A stretch of 64,000 bases of DNA from a virus, in IMG/VR virus record IMGVR_UViG_3300009187_000021, positions 24,947-88,946 of that record; one strand, given 5' to 3'. The notes beneath the pieces were generated by a model that was given only the letters and a program-made list of their open reading frames with translations, had not been told where the DNA came from and searched no databases. The position numbers and the translations under genes are program-made. Shown here one piece after another: positions 9,842 to 20,395 of the stretch (position 1 is the first letter of the stretch; the number at the start of each line of letters is the position of its first letter).

Positions 9842-11500
9842 TCAGATATCACCCGTAGGTAATGCAATAACTCTCAAATCTTTGACAAATGGTGAGAAAG
9901 TCGAATCTGCCGATGCCATTACAATTTTAATGGCATATTTGTAGAAGTCATTAAATATTAATCCAGTCTTTGGATTAGTATATGATACATAGTTTTGTGA
10001 AACACCAGCAGTACCTGGTGCCAATTCAAATTCAATCAAATCGTCTCTTGTTGCAGAATATCTAATAGATTTACTAATCGAAGTCATTTGTTGCCAATTC
10101 GCTTCTTCAATAATCAGAGTATCATCTCTCGAAATAATCTTATAGTAAACAAAGATCTTTGTATTCGTTGGGCGATATGCAGTAAGGAATACACGTAGAT
10201 CACCAGAATCATTACCGGCAGCGAGAGTGACTGGATATGTTTGATATCTAACTAGTCCATTACCACCAGAGACTGATGTTTCACCATATACTACTACGTT
10301 TGCAGGAGTAGTGTTTGCGGCAGAGATCGAGATTGTTGGATTCTTAGAGTATCCAGAACCAGGAGTAGTGACATACACACTAGTTAATACACCTGATGTA
10401 ATATAACCCTCAACGATTGCCTGAACACCATCTGCTTCGTTTGGCGCCGACACAGTGATATTGCCCGATATCTTTCCGTTAGCGCCGCTTAAATATCCTC
10501 CACCTCCACCAGTAATAGTAATTATATTATTTGATATAGGCATATTATTAATAATGTTCTTGATCACAAAGATATTAGTGCCATCATCAGAAATAACCGG
10601 TGAAACTCTTTCATCTTCAGTTGTTAATTTTGCATTTAAATAAAAAGAATTTCTTGTATCGTTAAGAGTAAGAACTCGTTTGCCGTTGTTATCATTCAAG
10701 TAGATGTTATTGACAGCTCGAGTTGCATAATCACCAGGATTTACAATCTTAGAAGCTTCAAGTAAGAATGTAGTATTCAACATTGTTTGCGATGTGTATA
10801 CAATATTTGTTTTCTCTGGTTTATGGTGTGATGTTGAAAGATTGTATTGATCGTATACAACATTGGCTGAATACTTTTTGTTCGCACTCGATTCAACGAT
10901 GTTAGTTTTTTGTAATCCATCAGAAACAATAAACTTTAATGTTGGTGAAACAGAGGTATCAAAACTACATCTGTTGATTACAAACATTAAGTCTCTTGTT
11001 TGATCCGCATCATAGTTAATACCATTCTGAGATTCAAACAATGTTCCAATGTAAGGACTTTTTGCAATCTTAGATAGTGTTGTTGGTGTAGGATCTGTCG
11101 ATAAATCTTTGACAGAAGATGCCAATGGTGTATCATTCTGTTGGGCGCACCACAAATTATAACCAGATGAATTGGTTCTTAGAACGAATGCATACAATTC
11201 ACCAGATTTCACATACACTGGTGCTGGGAATTTAAATTCCGTGTATGTCGTTGAGTCGATATACTGTGGTGAAGTTGAAACCTTAATGTCAACTGGATAT
11301 AAAACAACCTCAGAAAAGTCCAACATCTTTGCAGTTGGATATGCACTTTGAGTTGTTACGATAGCAAGATGCACTGGAATCTGAACAGTTGGTTTCGTTT
11401 TGAAGAACAATCGAATAGAACTTAGAAATACACCGTACGGATAAGATGCATCATCAATAATAAATGATTGTGCTAACGGATCTAAGATAGTTATTGCCAT
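9842..11500 (-). CDS. DUF4815/VrlC-like virion protein, C-terminal fragment
   Basis: Begins with DPLAQSF; contains GTLFESQNG, DLMFVINRC and ends PFVKDLRVIAL, matching the C-terminal part of VrlC-like T4-type proteins. Confidence 0.75.
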   Translation of the reverse strand: MAITILDPLAQSFIIDDASYPYGVFLSSIRLFFKTKPTVQIPVHLAIVTTQSAYPTAKMLDFSEVVLYPVDIKVSTSPQYIDSTTYTEFKFPAPVYVKSGELYAFVLRTNSSGYNLWCAQQNDTPLASSVKDLSTDPTPTTLSKIAKSPYIGTLFESQNGINYDADQTRDLMFVINRCSFDTSVSPTLKFIVSDGLQKTNIVESSANKKYSANVVYDQYNLSTSHHKPEKTNIVYTSQTMLNTTFLLEASKIVNPGDYATRAVNNIYLNDNNGKRVLTLNDTRNSFYLNAKLTTEDERVSPVISDDGTNIFVIKNIINNMPISNNIITITGGGGGYLSGANGKISGNITVSAPNEADGVQAIVEGYITSGVLTSVYVTTPGSGYSKNPTISISAANTTPANVVVYGETSVSGGNGLVRYQTYPVTLAAGNDSGDLRVFLTAYRPTNTKIFVYYKIISRDDTLIIEEANWQQMTSISKSIRYSATRDDLIEFELAPGTAGVSQNYVSYTNPKTGLIFNDFYKYAIKIVMASADSTFSPFVKDLRVIALPTGDI

Positions 11501-13021
11501 TTAAAATAGTTCCATATTCGTTCGTTCTGTTGACTTAACATTGTGTGAAATCAATCCTTCTGTGATATATGTATGCGCTTGATCAATCTCAAATTTAATG
11601 ACTTCACCGTCACCAATGTCTGTAATAGAAACAATTTCTTTACTACTCAGATCATAAATTACATCATAGTTCATTCCCATTACAGATTCACCAACGGAAA
11701 TATCACACACTTTTTTCCAAGAATCATCAGACATTAAAAATTTATGCGTAGAAGAGACTTTAAGTTTTTTACCATTAGCAAATTCAATTTCAACTTTAGG
11801 TTGAATCATTCTTTCTGCTTCTAGAATCTTGAATGTTCCAGGTTCTCTTGAGTGTTCGTGAATCGTTATAACTTTATCGCCAACATTTAAATCGCCGGCA
11901 CGAACCCAATGTGAATCTTCACAGAAAATTAGTGTGTCTGGATCTGGACAACCACCACCATATGAAACATCGTTAATAGGAACTAATGTACCATTAGTGA
12001 TAGCATCGAGTGCACCATCTGATTGACGATATATTTCAGTTGCTGACGTGGTTGTTCCTCGACTTGTTGTTGTCGTAGAAGCACCAGTACCAGCAGAGAA
12101 TTGTGAATCAGCAGCCTTATCAAATGTACCAGAAGCAAAATAAGTTGCCTGTGCATATGTTGTTTCAGATCCTAATTGATTCACATAATTACCGGTGGTT
12201 GGATCAGTGCCAACATATCTGTTATCAAGTCTAAAGATTCTGTTACCTGTTGGGAAAATACCACCACGAAGATAGAATACACCGGAACATTTACCGATTT
12301 CATTACTTGATGGTTTTCCAATAGAATATGTACTCTGACCAGCAATAAAAGATAGTCCACCTGCACTTAATGTTGCAACTTTTGTTGTTCCATTATATGC
12401 AGTAATTGTTCTGACAGGATAATCCGCAACAACTTCATCTGTGTATGTGGTGTCGGATGAAGTATTTGTTGAAACAGTAATGATGTTAAACGTATTACCA
12501 TTGTAGTAATTATTTACAGAAGATGCTCTGCCATTCAGTGTAACGTATTGTGTAGATGTATTTGATACAGCAACTTTACCAGATAGATGACCGAAAGCAG
12601 AAATAGTACCAGAATCGGTAGAGTTTACATATACACCATATGAATCATAGTATGCATTATAAAGAGTACCACCCACAACTAAATCGGTAGGAATATTATC
12701 AAAGTCATCAATGATGTAAAGTCTCATATCAACTATAGTACCAGAACCTTTCTTATATACGTCAATAATTGTTCCGGTCTTGATAAAACTAGAATTTGTT
12801 GGTTTGTATCCAACGACATCGCCGACTTTAAAATTACCAGATGTGTTTGTAACATCGATGGTATTTGGTCTTCTGATTAATCGTGTGACGCGATACTCAT
12901 CAAACCATGCATCAAGTTCTGTGTCAGAAAGTAAATTCGACACATTAAAAGTGATTTGTTTCTCACGGCAGTATGGAACTACTGGTGGTATTGTTGCAGT
13001 TGTCGTTATAGTTGTTGCCAT
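11501..13021 (-). CDS. DUF4815/VrlC-like virion protein, middle fragment, with C-terminal Hint domain
   Basis: PYCREKQITFNVSNL...WFD and FPTGNRIFRL...AQATYFASG match the middle region of VrlC-like proteins; Hint domain at the C-terminus. Confidence 0.75.
   Translation of the reverse strand: MATTITTTATIPPVVPYCREKQITFNVSNLLSDTELDAWFDEYRVTRLIRRPNTIDVTNTSGNFKVGDVVGYKPTNSSFIKTGTIIDVYKKGSGTIVDMRLYIIDDFDNIPTDLVVGGTLYNAYYDSYGVYVNSTDSGTISAFGHLSGKVAVSNTSTQYVTLNGRASSVNNYYNGNTFNIITVSTNTSSDTTYTDEVVADYPVRTITAYNGTTKVATLSAGGLSFIAGQSTYSIGKPSSNEIGKCSGVFYLRGGIFPTGNRIFRLDNRYVGTDPTTGNYVNQLGSETTYAQATYFASGTFDKAADSQFSAGTGASTTTTSRGTTTSATEIYRQSDGALDAITNGTLVPINDVSYGGGCPDPDTLIFCEDSHWVRAGDLNVGDKVITIHEHSREPGTFKILEAERMIQPKVEIEFANGKKLKVSSTHKFLMSDDSWKKVCDISVGESVMGMNYDVIYDLSSKEIVSITDIGDGEVIKFEIDQAHTYITEGLISHNVKSTERTNMELF
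11540..11950 (-). other. Hint (intein-like auto-processing) domain, 137 aa, no endonuclease
   Basis: GGG|CPDPDTLI...VRAGDLNVGDKV (block A), KVSSTHKFL (block B), FEIDQAHTYITEGLISHN|V (blocks F/G). Confidence 0.88.
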
Positions 13022-13031
13022 TTTTTATCTC

Positions 13032-16000
13032 TTAAAAATCAATTACTTGTTCAAATTGGACATACATAACATCACCGTAGTATGCAATTCTAAGTGCCAT
13101 ACATCCTATATCAAGTGTGTTTGTTGCGTCATAATACAATGTGTGATTGCCAGCTGTAACATATATAGAGGTCGCGTATACATTAGAAGGTGCATACACC
13201 GGTGTGTTGAAACCGTTAGTTGTTGTTACACCACCAGCATAAGCCATTCCAGATGAACCAAAAACATTAGTGCCATCTAGTGTTACGGTTCCAGTATCAT
13301 CAACTGAACCTTCAAATAGATAGTATCCAGATTTAGTAAATGTGACGGTATATGTTCTGTTGAATGTTTTATTTGTTCTACCTAAATCTGCATATCCCCA
13401 AACACCAAATTCATTTCTAAATTGACCAGCATCTCCCTGTTGTGAAGTGTATACCGCAGCACTTCCAGTTGGTGGATTATTGCTCGTGAATATTGCATTA
13501 ATTGATGTGCCAGGAATGGGACCAACCTTGATATACTCAGGTGGAGGTATATCTTTAGTCACAGGACCTTGACTTGATGGAGGAGTATATACATCTATCC
13601 AGTTATCAATAGCTGGAGAAATTGTCATCAGACCTTCGACGTTTCTGGTAGTGAAAGAGTTGATGTTAACTTCGCGTGATGCTAATTTCTGAACAACCAA
13701 TTCTTTCTGTGTGTATGGTAGAGTGAAAACGTTTGTTGTTCCAACTTTGTGTGGTTGATAGAACAACTCAGAAACTGCCTGTTCAACTGAAATAGGTTTA
13801 GCAACAACAGGATCATAATCTTTATTGTAAAGATCGAAAGATTCTGTTGTAGTTGCAGGAGATAAAGTTCCGTTTGTCGTATCAATTTGTGCAAAGTAAC
13901 TATTATTATAAGTATCTGCGACAGAGAAAGTTGTGAAGTTGTCAACAAGAATACCATTCTTGAATCGATTCAAACCAAAGTTATCTTGGATTTGTAAAGA
14001 AGTTGCAGACTGTTCAAGAAGATTTAATGATGTGTAATACTCTAGGTTCTCAATTCTTTCATTCAGTCCAGAGATATCTTTCATCAACCATGTCCTATGT
14101 GTGATAGGAATGATCGATAGATTTGGAATAACACCAGGATACTCGCCAGGAATGTATGCTGTGTATGGATCATACACCAGTTTTGCAAGTATAAGACTAT
14201 TCGATTCTTCTGGTGGATATGCAGGTGTCAACGATGGTACACCTTGAACCAATTTGATAACAGAATCTTTAGTGAGAACTAATAGATCTTTTCTACCCAA
14301 ATAGTAGTAGTAATCTGAAGTAAACGAAGACTCATCTTCTGGTAACAATGAACCATAGAAATTACTTGTCGTAGGAGTTACAGAATATTTAAATAAGTTT
14401 ATATCAGATTGAACATTCCTAACTTGTGGTCTGAAATCAATACAATCTCTTAATTGATATGTTGTGCCGCCAGAAGATGTGAATGTTCCAATCTCTGCAT
14501 AATTTTCATTTGAATATGAATTAATATTAAAGTATCCGTCACCGCCAGAATGTTCATAGTAATCAAATAGAATCCACAATCTAGTTGGAACTGGATAACC
14601 AGGTTTCAATGAAATCGATGCGTGACCATAGTATGTGTCACGTTGACCATTATCAAACGAGAAGTTATTAGTGACATCTTTATTAGTATCAGTCAACATC
14701 GATAGTGTCGGTGTTGCTGCACCAGGATCAACAATCTTGACGATTTTCTTAACGTCAGACACATAAAGAGATTGTGGAAGTCCAGATGTGACGATTGCAG
14801 AACTACTGTTAACGTAGATTTGACCCTTAGATAAATCTATTAATGTGTTAGTGTTAACAATCCCAGAAGCACCAACGATACCTAATCCATAGGTATTTGC
14901 AGTAGCTAAAGTCTTAGTCTTTCTGACATAACTTGTGTTGTCAGCACCAATAATATTCATGCGTGAGTAAATCGATGCAGTAAATGGTAACAAATCTGGT
15001 GCAGAGAATGTTGCTGTAGTCTTCTGTGAATTGACAACAACAGTTCTATTAAGTCCTGCGATTGCATTTCCAACAAAAGGAATAATCTGACCATTAGTCA
15101 AGTTTGCATTCGACTGTTTATCAGTACATACGACAATAAAGTTTTGTTTAATCGAATCGATGCTTTCAGCAGAACCAGTTCTAATAAAGTTCAATACAGA
15201 TTGTGCAGCAACATCAATCGTAAGTGCTTTGTAAACACCTGTAGTAGTTGTTGTGAATGCTTGACCTCGATAAACTTGTGTAGAAACATATGATGCATCT
15301 GATACAGAAGATACATATGGATTACCAAGTTGAAAAACTAATTCTGCATCGCCCGCGTCTGCAACAAATGTATCACCAGTCGAAAGAGAACCAACCTTAC
15401 TTCTGTTGTCGATCTGTGCAGAACCATAAACAGTAAATGGTGCAGATCCACCAACTTTTGCAAAACTTTCAATGTCTTTTACTGCACTCTTGATAGAGAA
15501 TTTTGAAGCGTTTGTTGGCAATACAGTAAAGACTGGTGAAACTTTCAATATTTTAATTGTTGAGTTTGCAAAATATGTTTCAATAGTTCTAGTTTGCCCA
15601 GCACCAGGACCGCTATCGATAGATAGAATCATGCCACCATATAAGTTTGCCACACGGGTGCTAAATGTTGCGAGTGTATTATTATTAACAGAAACAGTGT
15701 TCGCATTAGCAAACTCAACATTTCCAGATAAAGATTTAACCGTTAAATCTGATATGTGTGCTTTGTACACATAAGATGTTGTATCAGAATCAGTTCCGCT
15801 GGTATTATAACGAAGATAACGTAATCGACCAGTCGCAGCAAGAGTTGAATTATATGTCATCGTATTCGTAGTTGTAACCATTGCTGTATTACAAATATGA
15901 AAATCGATTGCTTGTGATGTTGTCGTATCAATGTAGTCGCCGTTGGCGCCTGCAAGTGTATTCACATAGAAGTAATTACCATATGCAGGAGTAACAATAT

Positions 16001-17108
16001 TGTTATTAATGTTTGCAGTTGTTCTTGCTCTATCGGCATCTAGTTTTAGAGTGCTTTGATTTTCTGTTCTGTAACCATGAACATACGCAAGACCAGGGCC
16101 AACATTAAGAATATACTTGTCAGTTCCTGAAGTGAAAGTATTCTTCGAAGGAATTATACTAAAATTCTTGACAACAAAGTCACCATTAGTTTCAAATGTT
16201 CTCTTTGCAAAGTAGTCATCAATCTGTGAATATGACGTAGAATTAACTTGACGAATGATTTCACCAGACTCAACTCGTGCCAATTCAATAAAGTTCGAAT
16301 CAGCACCTGCACCATCAGTTGACTTCTTAGTTGTCAGAGTTAAATTGATTGTATATCTGTCTGCGCCTGGTCCTTGAAAGTTCGATGAACCTAATGCTGG
16401 ATCCAACAATGTTGAATCTGTAACATAGTCTGTGACATACTCAACAATATCTAGACCAATTCTAGCGTTTGGAGTATTATCATACTTGTTTAGAATGATT
16501 GTCTGTGGTAACACATCGACAAAGTTACCAATGGAATACTTGTTGTATGTACCATCATCATTTTCTTTAGACGATGTTGAGTAACCATTGACAACATAAA
16601 ATATGCCATTTGCAACTGACGCAATCGAAGATTTACCATTTGCATTTGATGTAACAGTTGTTGCAACAGTACCATTCTCTATTGTGTCTAGTATTAAAAC
16701 ATTAGCACTGTTTGTAAACTTAGTCGAAGAAGAATATGTTAGAATTAGAGTAGGAGGATCGCCATCAGCTACACCCTCTTCAGTTGCAACAACATAAGCT
16801 ATAACTTTACCTGTAGCGTCCGTGATATATTGATTTTTAAAATCAGATGCAACGATTTCTGAACCAGCATACTCATAGTTTAGTTTTAGATATTCGACAT
16901 TAGTGTCAATCGTTAACTTACCGCCTTTGATTGGCGTGTTCTGTGTGAAGAAGTGATCCGCAAAATTAGAGATTTGATTCTGAAGAATCGTCTGCGCCTG
17001 AGTTAACTCTCTTGCTTGAACTGCACGACCTGGTCTAAAAAGAATCTTGTGATAATTATTACTTGGATCAAAATCGTCATAATAGGGATCCACATTAAAA
17101 TTTAACAT
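13032..17108 (-). CDS. DUF4815/VrlC-like virion protein, N-terminal fragment, with C-terminal PA14-like domain
   Basis: NFNVDPYYDDFD...ILFRPGRAVQARELTQ, PGADRY, LEYYTSLNLLE and NRFKNGILVDNF are hallmark motifs; the C-terminal YLFEGSVDDTGTVTLDG...GNHTL is PA14-like. Confidence 0.85.
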   Translation of the reverse strand: MLNFNVDPYYDDFDPSNNYHKILFRPGRAVQARELTQAQTILQNQISNFADHFFTQNTPIKGGKLTIDTNVEYLKLNYEYAGSEIVASDFKNQYITDATGKVIAYVVATEEGVADGDPPTLILTYSSSTKFTNSANVLILDTIENGTVATTVTSNANGKSSIASVANGIFYVVNGYSTSSKENDDGTYNKYSIGNFVDVLPQTIILNKYDNTPNARIGLDIVEYVTDYVTDSTLLDPALGSSNFQGPGADRYTINLTLTTKKSTDGAGADSNFIELARVESGEIIRQVNSTSYSQIDDYFAKRTFETNGDFVVKNFSIIPSKNTFTSGTDKYILNVGPGLAYVHGYRTENQSTLKLDADRARTTANINNNIVTPAYGNYFYVNTLAGANGDYIDTTTSQAIDFHICNTAMVTTTNTMTYNSTLAATGRLRYLRYNTSGTDSDTTSYVYKAHISDLTVKSLSGNVEFANANTVSVNNNTLATFSTRVANLYGGMILSIDSGPGAGQTRTIETYFANSTIKILKVSPVFTVLPTNASKFSIKSAVKDIESFAKVGGSAPFTVYGSAQIDNRSKVGSLSTGDTFVADAGDAELVFQLGNPYVSSVSDASYVSTQVYRGQAFTTTTTGVYKALTIDVAAQSVLNFIRTGSAESIDSIKQNFIVVCTDKQSNANLTNGQIIPFVGNAIAGLNRTVVVNSQKTTATFSAPDLLPFTASIYSRMNIIGADNTSYVRKTKTLATANTYGLGIVGASGIVNTNTLIDLSKGQIYVNSSSAIVTSGLPQSLYVSDVKKIVKIVDPGAATPTLSMLTDTNKDVTNNFSFDNGQRDTYYGHASISLKPGYPVPTRLWILFDYYEHSGGDGYFNINSYSNENYAEIGTFTSSGGTTYQLRDCIDFRPQVRNVQSDINLFKYSVTPTTSNFYGSLLPEDESSFTSDYYYYLGRKDLLVLTKDSVIKLVQGVPSLTPAYPPEESNSLILAKLVYDPYTAYIPGEYPGVIPNLSIIPITHRTWLMKDISGLNERIENLEYYTSLNLLEQSATSLQIQDNFGLNRFKNGILVDNFTTFSVADTYNNSYFAQIDTTNGTLSPATTTESFDLYNKDYDPVVAKPISVEQAVSELFYQPHKVGTTNVFTLPYTQKELVVQKLASREVNINSFTTRNVEGLMTISPAIDNWIDVYTPPSSQGPVTKDIPPPEYIKVGPIPGTSINAIFTSNNPPTGSAAVYTSQQGDAGQFRNEFGVWGYADLGRTNKTFNRTYTVTFTKSGYYLFEGSVDDTGTVTLDGTNVFGSSGMAYAGGVTTTNGFNTPVYAPSNVYATSIYVTAGNHTLYYDATNTLDIGCMALRIAYYGDVMYVQFEQVIDF

Positions 17109-17112
17109 TCTT

Positions 17113-18492
17113 CTAATATCCTAAAACTAGTTTAAATTGTTCAGATCCATCCGCACTTCTTGTGACAGCTTGTCTATTTTCAACGTACATCAAATATCCA
17201 GAGAATGGAACAAAGAGTGTATCATTCTTTTGTAGTGCGACTCTTGCTGTTTTAGAAGAATCACCATAAAATATTTGATTTAAGTTTGCAGTACCTTGAT
17301 TATTTAGTAACTTTAATTGATTCGTTGATGTGTCGAAACTTAATGTCGTTGCAGTAAAGTATGCAGTGGCCAGTAATCCGTTGTTAGATTGAAACACAGT
17401 TTCATCTTGATTATATGTTCCAGATCCAGTCGAAACCAGATAGTCGGTTGATAGTCTGTATGTCGTTGAGTTTGCGATTATCTTATCTGATCCAAAGTAA
17501 ACATACGGATTTGAGATTAGACCGATTTGTCTAAAGTCAATGTCTGTTGGTATGGCACCAGATTCAGACTTATCAAAAGATGCAGTCACCATAATGTGTC
17601 TGCAACCTAATTCAGAAATTGGATTGAATCCATGTCCACCAATAGAAGAAGGATACACTACGGCAGTTGCATTAGATCCATTTGCAGATGAGATTGTGAC
17701 GTTAGCAAAAGTATAGTTCGAACCAGTATTCGAAACTGTAATATCTGTAACTACACCGAGAGAGATTGTTGCATTTCCAGAAGCATATTTTCCATCACCC
17801 GTGATAGTTACAAAGACATCAACGTTTGCTGGATCATATCCAGAACCACCATTAGTCACGTTAATAACATCAATCGAACCAGATCCAGCAAAAGTGTCAA
17901 CTGCATTCGGAACTGACTGTGGTAAAGGAACTGGCATCCATGTGTCATCTAGAAACTTAATCTTGTTAGCATATGTAATCGTGTACATATACTTCCATTT
18001 GTATCCGTCACTACTTTGAAAGACATTGTTTGTATTAAATGTACCGGGTTCGAAGTATGGTTCTTTTGAAGTGATACCACCATTATTATTCCACAGGCAC
18101 TTGAATACTTGATCAAATTTATTCTTGGCATAGAATCTTTTCGTAATAGTTCCGTTTGGATCACGTTGAAACATGTCAATATCATCACGATAGTAATCGT
18201 ATACTTCACCTAAATTCCAATCGATTCTCTCTACAACCGGTACCATGTCATTTGAAGTAATCTTCTTCGCAATGAACATGTTTTTGTAAAGATCTTTGAT
18301 GTATTTCTGTGTCTGCAATGGTGCAGGTGGATTAGTCTCAGTTGTCCACGTTTGCACCCTAGAAAGAAAACAATACATTGAATTCAAATACTCACCAGTC
18401 GAAGGAAGAATCACCGACGATGAATAATACGTTGACGTAGAATGAAATACGCCAGAGTTGTATGTTAAAAGACCTACGTTTGCTGATGCCAT
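17113..18492 (-). CDS. gp8: Baseplate wedge subunit gp8
   Basis: VFKCLWN, DGYKWKYMYTI, GGHG, DFRQIGLISNP, SGYLMYVENR motifs; synteny. Confidence 0.9.
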   Translation of the reverse strand: MASANVGLLTYNSGVFHSTSTYYSSSVILPSTGEYLNSMYCFLSRVQTWTTETNPPAPLQTQKYIKDLYKNMFIAKKITSNDMVPVVERIDWNLGEVYDYYRDDIDMFQRDPNGTITKRFYAKNKFDQVFKCLWNNNGGITSKEPYFEPGTFNTNNVFQSSDGYKWKYMYTITYANKIKFLDDTWMPVPLPQSVPNAVDTFAGSGSIDVINVTNGGSGYDPANVDVFVTITGDGKYASGNATISLGVVTDITVSNTGSNYTFANVTISSANGSNATAVVYPSSIGGHGFNPISELGCRHIMVTASFDKSESGAIPTDIDFRQIGLISNPYVYFGSDKIIANSTTYRLSTDYLVSTGSGTYNQDETVFQSNNGLLATAYFTATTLSFDTSTNQLKLLNNQGTANLNQIFYGDSSKTARVALQKNDTLFVPFSGYLMYVENRQAVTRSADGSEQFKLVLGY

Positions 18493-18505
18493 GTTTTAAT
18501 ACCGA

Positions 18506-20392
18506 TTAAGAATATGATACTGAACAATATGTATTTGCAAGATCGCCAGCAAATGAATAATATTTAATTCTCGCTGTTGTTAGACTACCCAGTGTGAATG
18601 TTGTTGCACCGACTGTAGAGTTAACAGCAGAACAACCGTGTGTGATTGTTTTATTTGAACCACCACCGGTAGCATAATTAGTGATGAATAAAGTGATATC
18701 AGAACCTGTTTTAAAATTAGACAACGTAACTGCCATATTCGCAACAACGTTACAACGAACCCATGTGTCTGTTCCAAAATCTAATGTAATCGCTGTTTGA
18801 TTTCCTGCGTAACTTCTTGTATTGAAAATTAATCCATTTGGAACATATATGGTAGAATTTGCATCGTCAATGATCGCTGTATTACTTGCTTGAATTAGAT
18901 TGTTGTTTGCAAAGAGAATAGCGCCGTTTGGTTTACCATACGCTTGCCGGGCCGCAATATCAATTTGAATTTTGCCATTTGCAGTTCCGTTTGATAGAAT
19001 CTTTGCCACTTGATATACGGCATTTGCTCCAGTCGGTGCTACGTTTGTTGCTTGACCAGGAGTAGTAGACAAGAAGATTATCTGTCCATTGTTGCCAAAA
19101 GAAGATGCGTCCATGTCAGACACGATTCCCTTTGTATACACAAATCCATATGCACCATTTGCAATACCAACTTTAACAAATCCTTCGACTGTTGCGTTTG
19201 CAGCAGATCCTGCATCAGCAAGAACAACATAAGGAACAGCATTCTGAGTTACTACACCAGCTAATCGTACCCATGAGTTTGAAGCAATTGCAGAACCAGT
19301 ACCGTTATATATACGTTCAAATAAAACTTTCGAGATGGCTGGTCTATCACCAGTTACGTCAGTGTCTTGTACTAAAGAGATTGTATTTGCAGAGTACCAA
19401 ACTTGACCAGACGTTTGTGTTGGTGAAATTAATTGTGGAAACCACTGAATAGAATTCGAAGTAGACGTTGAAGAAATAATATTAGAGAAGAACACATTAC
19501 CATACAAAGTATTACATGTTAATGTACCAGTAATATTTATATCTTTCGTAAACTGAGCAGTGTTTGCTCTAAACGTATCAACGAAAATACCTTGATTGGG
19601 AGAGTTCGCAACCAGATTACCAGATAGACGAAGTTCTTGTAGTTGAATGCTCGCAGTGTTTTGAACTGCCGTGTTTGATAGATTGAATGCAGCGTTTGCA
19701 TGTGTGAATGTATTATTTGCTTTATCGAATGCTGCCTGAGAAGATAACGCTGATCCACTGGCAGCAGTGGTTTGTGTAGTACCATCGGAGAACACAAAAG
19801 AACCAGTGGTCCTAACATTACTAGCCGTTAAGTTACCAGTCACACTCAATGGTTTCAAAAAATCAAAAGCAGAGTTGCTGACTCTACCAACAATGTTGTC
19901 TGAACTTAATCCACCAACCATGAAAATAATATTTGCACGAGTGGATGCTGTACCGATTATTAGATTACCTTGTGCGCTTGTCGTGGATGGACCGTAGACG
20001 TAGACATAACCATCATATGCTTTAAATGCGCTATAGTTTAATGGATCAGAGAATGTTTTGCCACTGATACCAAAGTCAATGTAACTATTTGAGTTGTCAC
20101 TATCACTCGTTGATGCAACAAAGTCAGAAGATCCATTTGAATTAAAATTCTGAAGATTAATTTGTAAGAATGTGTTACTGCTTGATGCAAACTGTCCGAT
20201 TACGTTTTGATAAAGAATTGAATTATTGCCTACGTTCAGAACTTCATTAGAGAATAAACCTCTGGCTAAAACATTAGCAGTAATTCTTCCAGTGATATTC
20301 GTGGGTAAATCCACACCCACAAATATTGTATTTGATGTATTACTTTGGATTGCTGCAATTACTGGCAGTTCAGAGATTTTTACTAATGACAT
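18506..20392 (-). CDS. Baseplate-associated fibre/structural protein
   Basis: VKISELP N-terminus typical of fibre proteins; internal domain (LQNxNS...D...YIDFGI...DGY...GNLIIG) paralogous to one in the 1..6205 protein. Confidence 0.7.
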   Translation of the reverse strand: MSLVKISELPVIAAIQSNTSNTIFVGVDLPTNITGRITANVLARGLFSNEVLNVGNNSILYQNVIGQFASSSNTFLQINLQNFNSNGSSDFVASTSDSDNSNSYIDFGISGKTFSDPLNYSAFKAYDGYVYVYGPSTTSAQGNLIIGTASTRANIIFMVGGLSSDNIVGRVSNSAFDFLKPLSVTGNLTASNVRTTGSFVFSDGTTQTTAASGSALSSQAAFDKANNTFTHANAAFNLSNTAVQNTASIQLQELRLSGNLVANSPNQGIFVDTFRANTAQFTKDINITGTLTCNTLYGNVFFSNIISSTSTSNSIQWFPQLISPTQTSGQVWYSANTISLVQDTDVTGDRPAISKVLFERIYNGTGSAIASNSWVRLAGVVTQNAVPYVVLADAGSAANATVEGFVKVGIANGAYGFVYTKGIVSDMDASSFGNNGQIIFLSTTPGQATNVAPTGANAVYQVAKILSNGTANGKIQIDIAARQAYGKPNGAILFANNNLIQASNTAIIDDANSTIYVPNGLIFNTRSYAGNQTAITLDFGTDTWVRCNVVANMAVTLSNFKTGSDITLFITNYATGGGSNKTITHGCSAVNSTVGATTFTLGSLTTARIKYYSFAGDLANTYCSVSYS

Positions 20393-20395
20393 TTT

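Noticed and set aside
11498-11503. Stop-codon readthrough or genetic-code reassignment fusing DUF4815 fragments 2 and 3
   Set aside because: In-frame TAA-ATG abutment also occurs between unrelated genes (55289/55290, 60164/60165), and conserved genes are intact in the standard code.
11540-11950. Canonical splicing intein or homing element
   Set aside because: The +1 residue is Val, only 12 residues follow, and there is no endonuclease domain.
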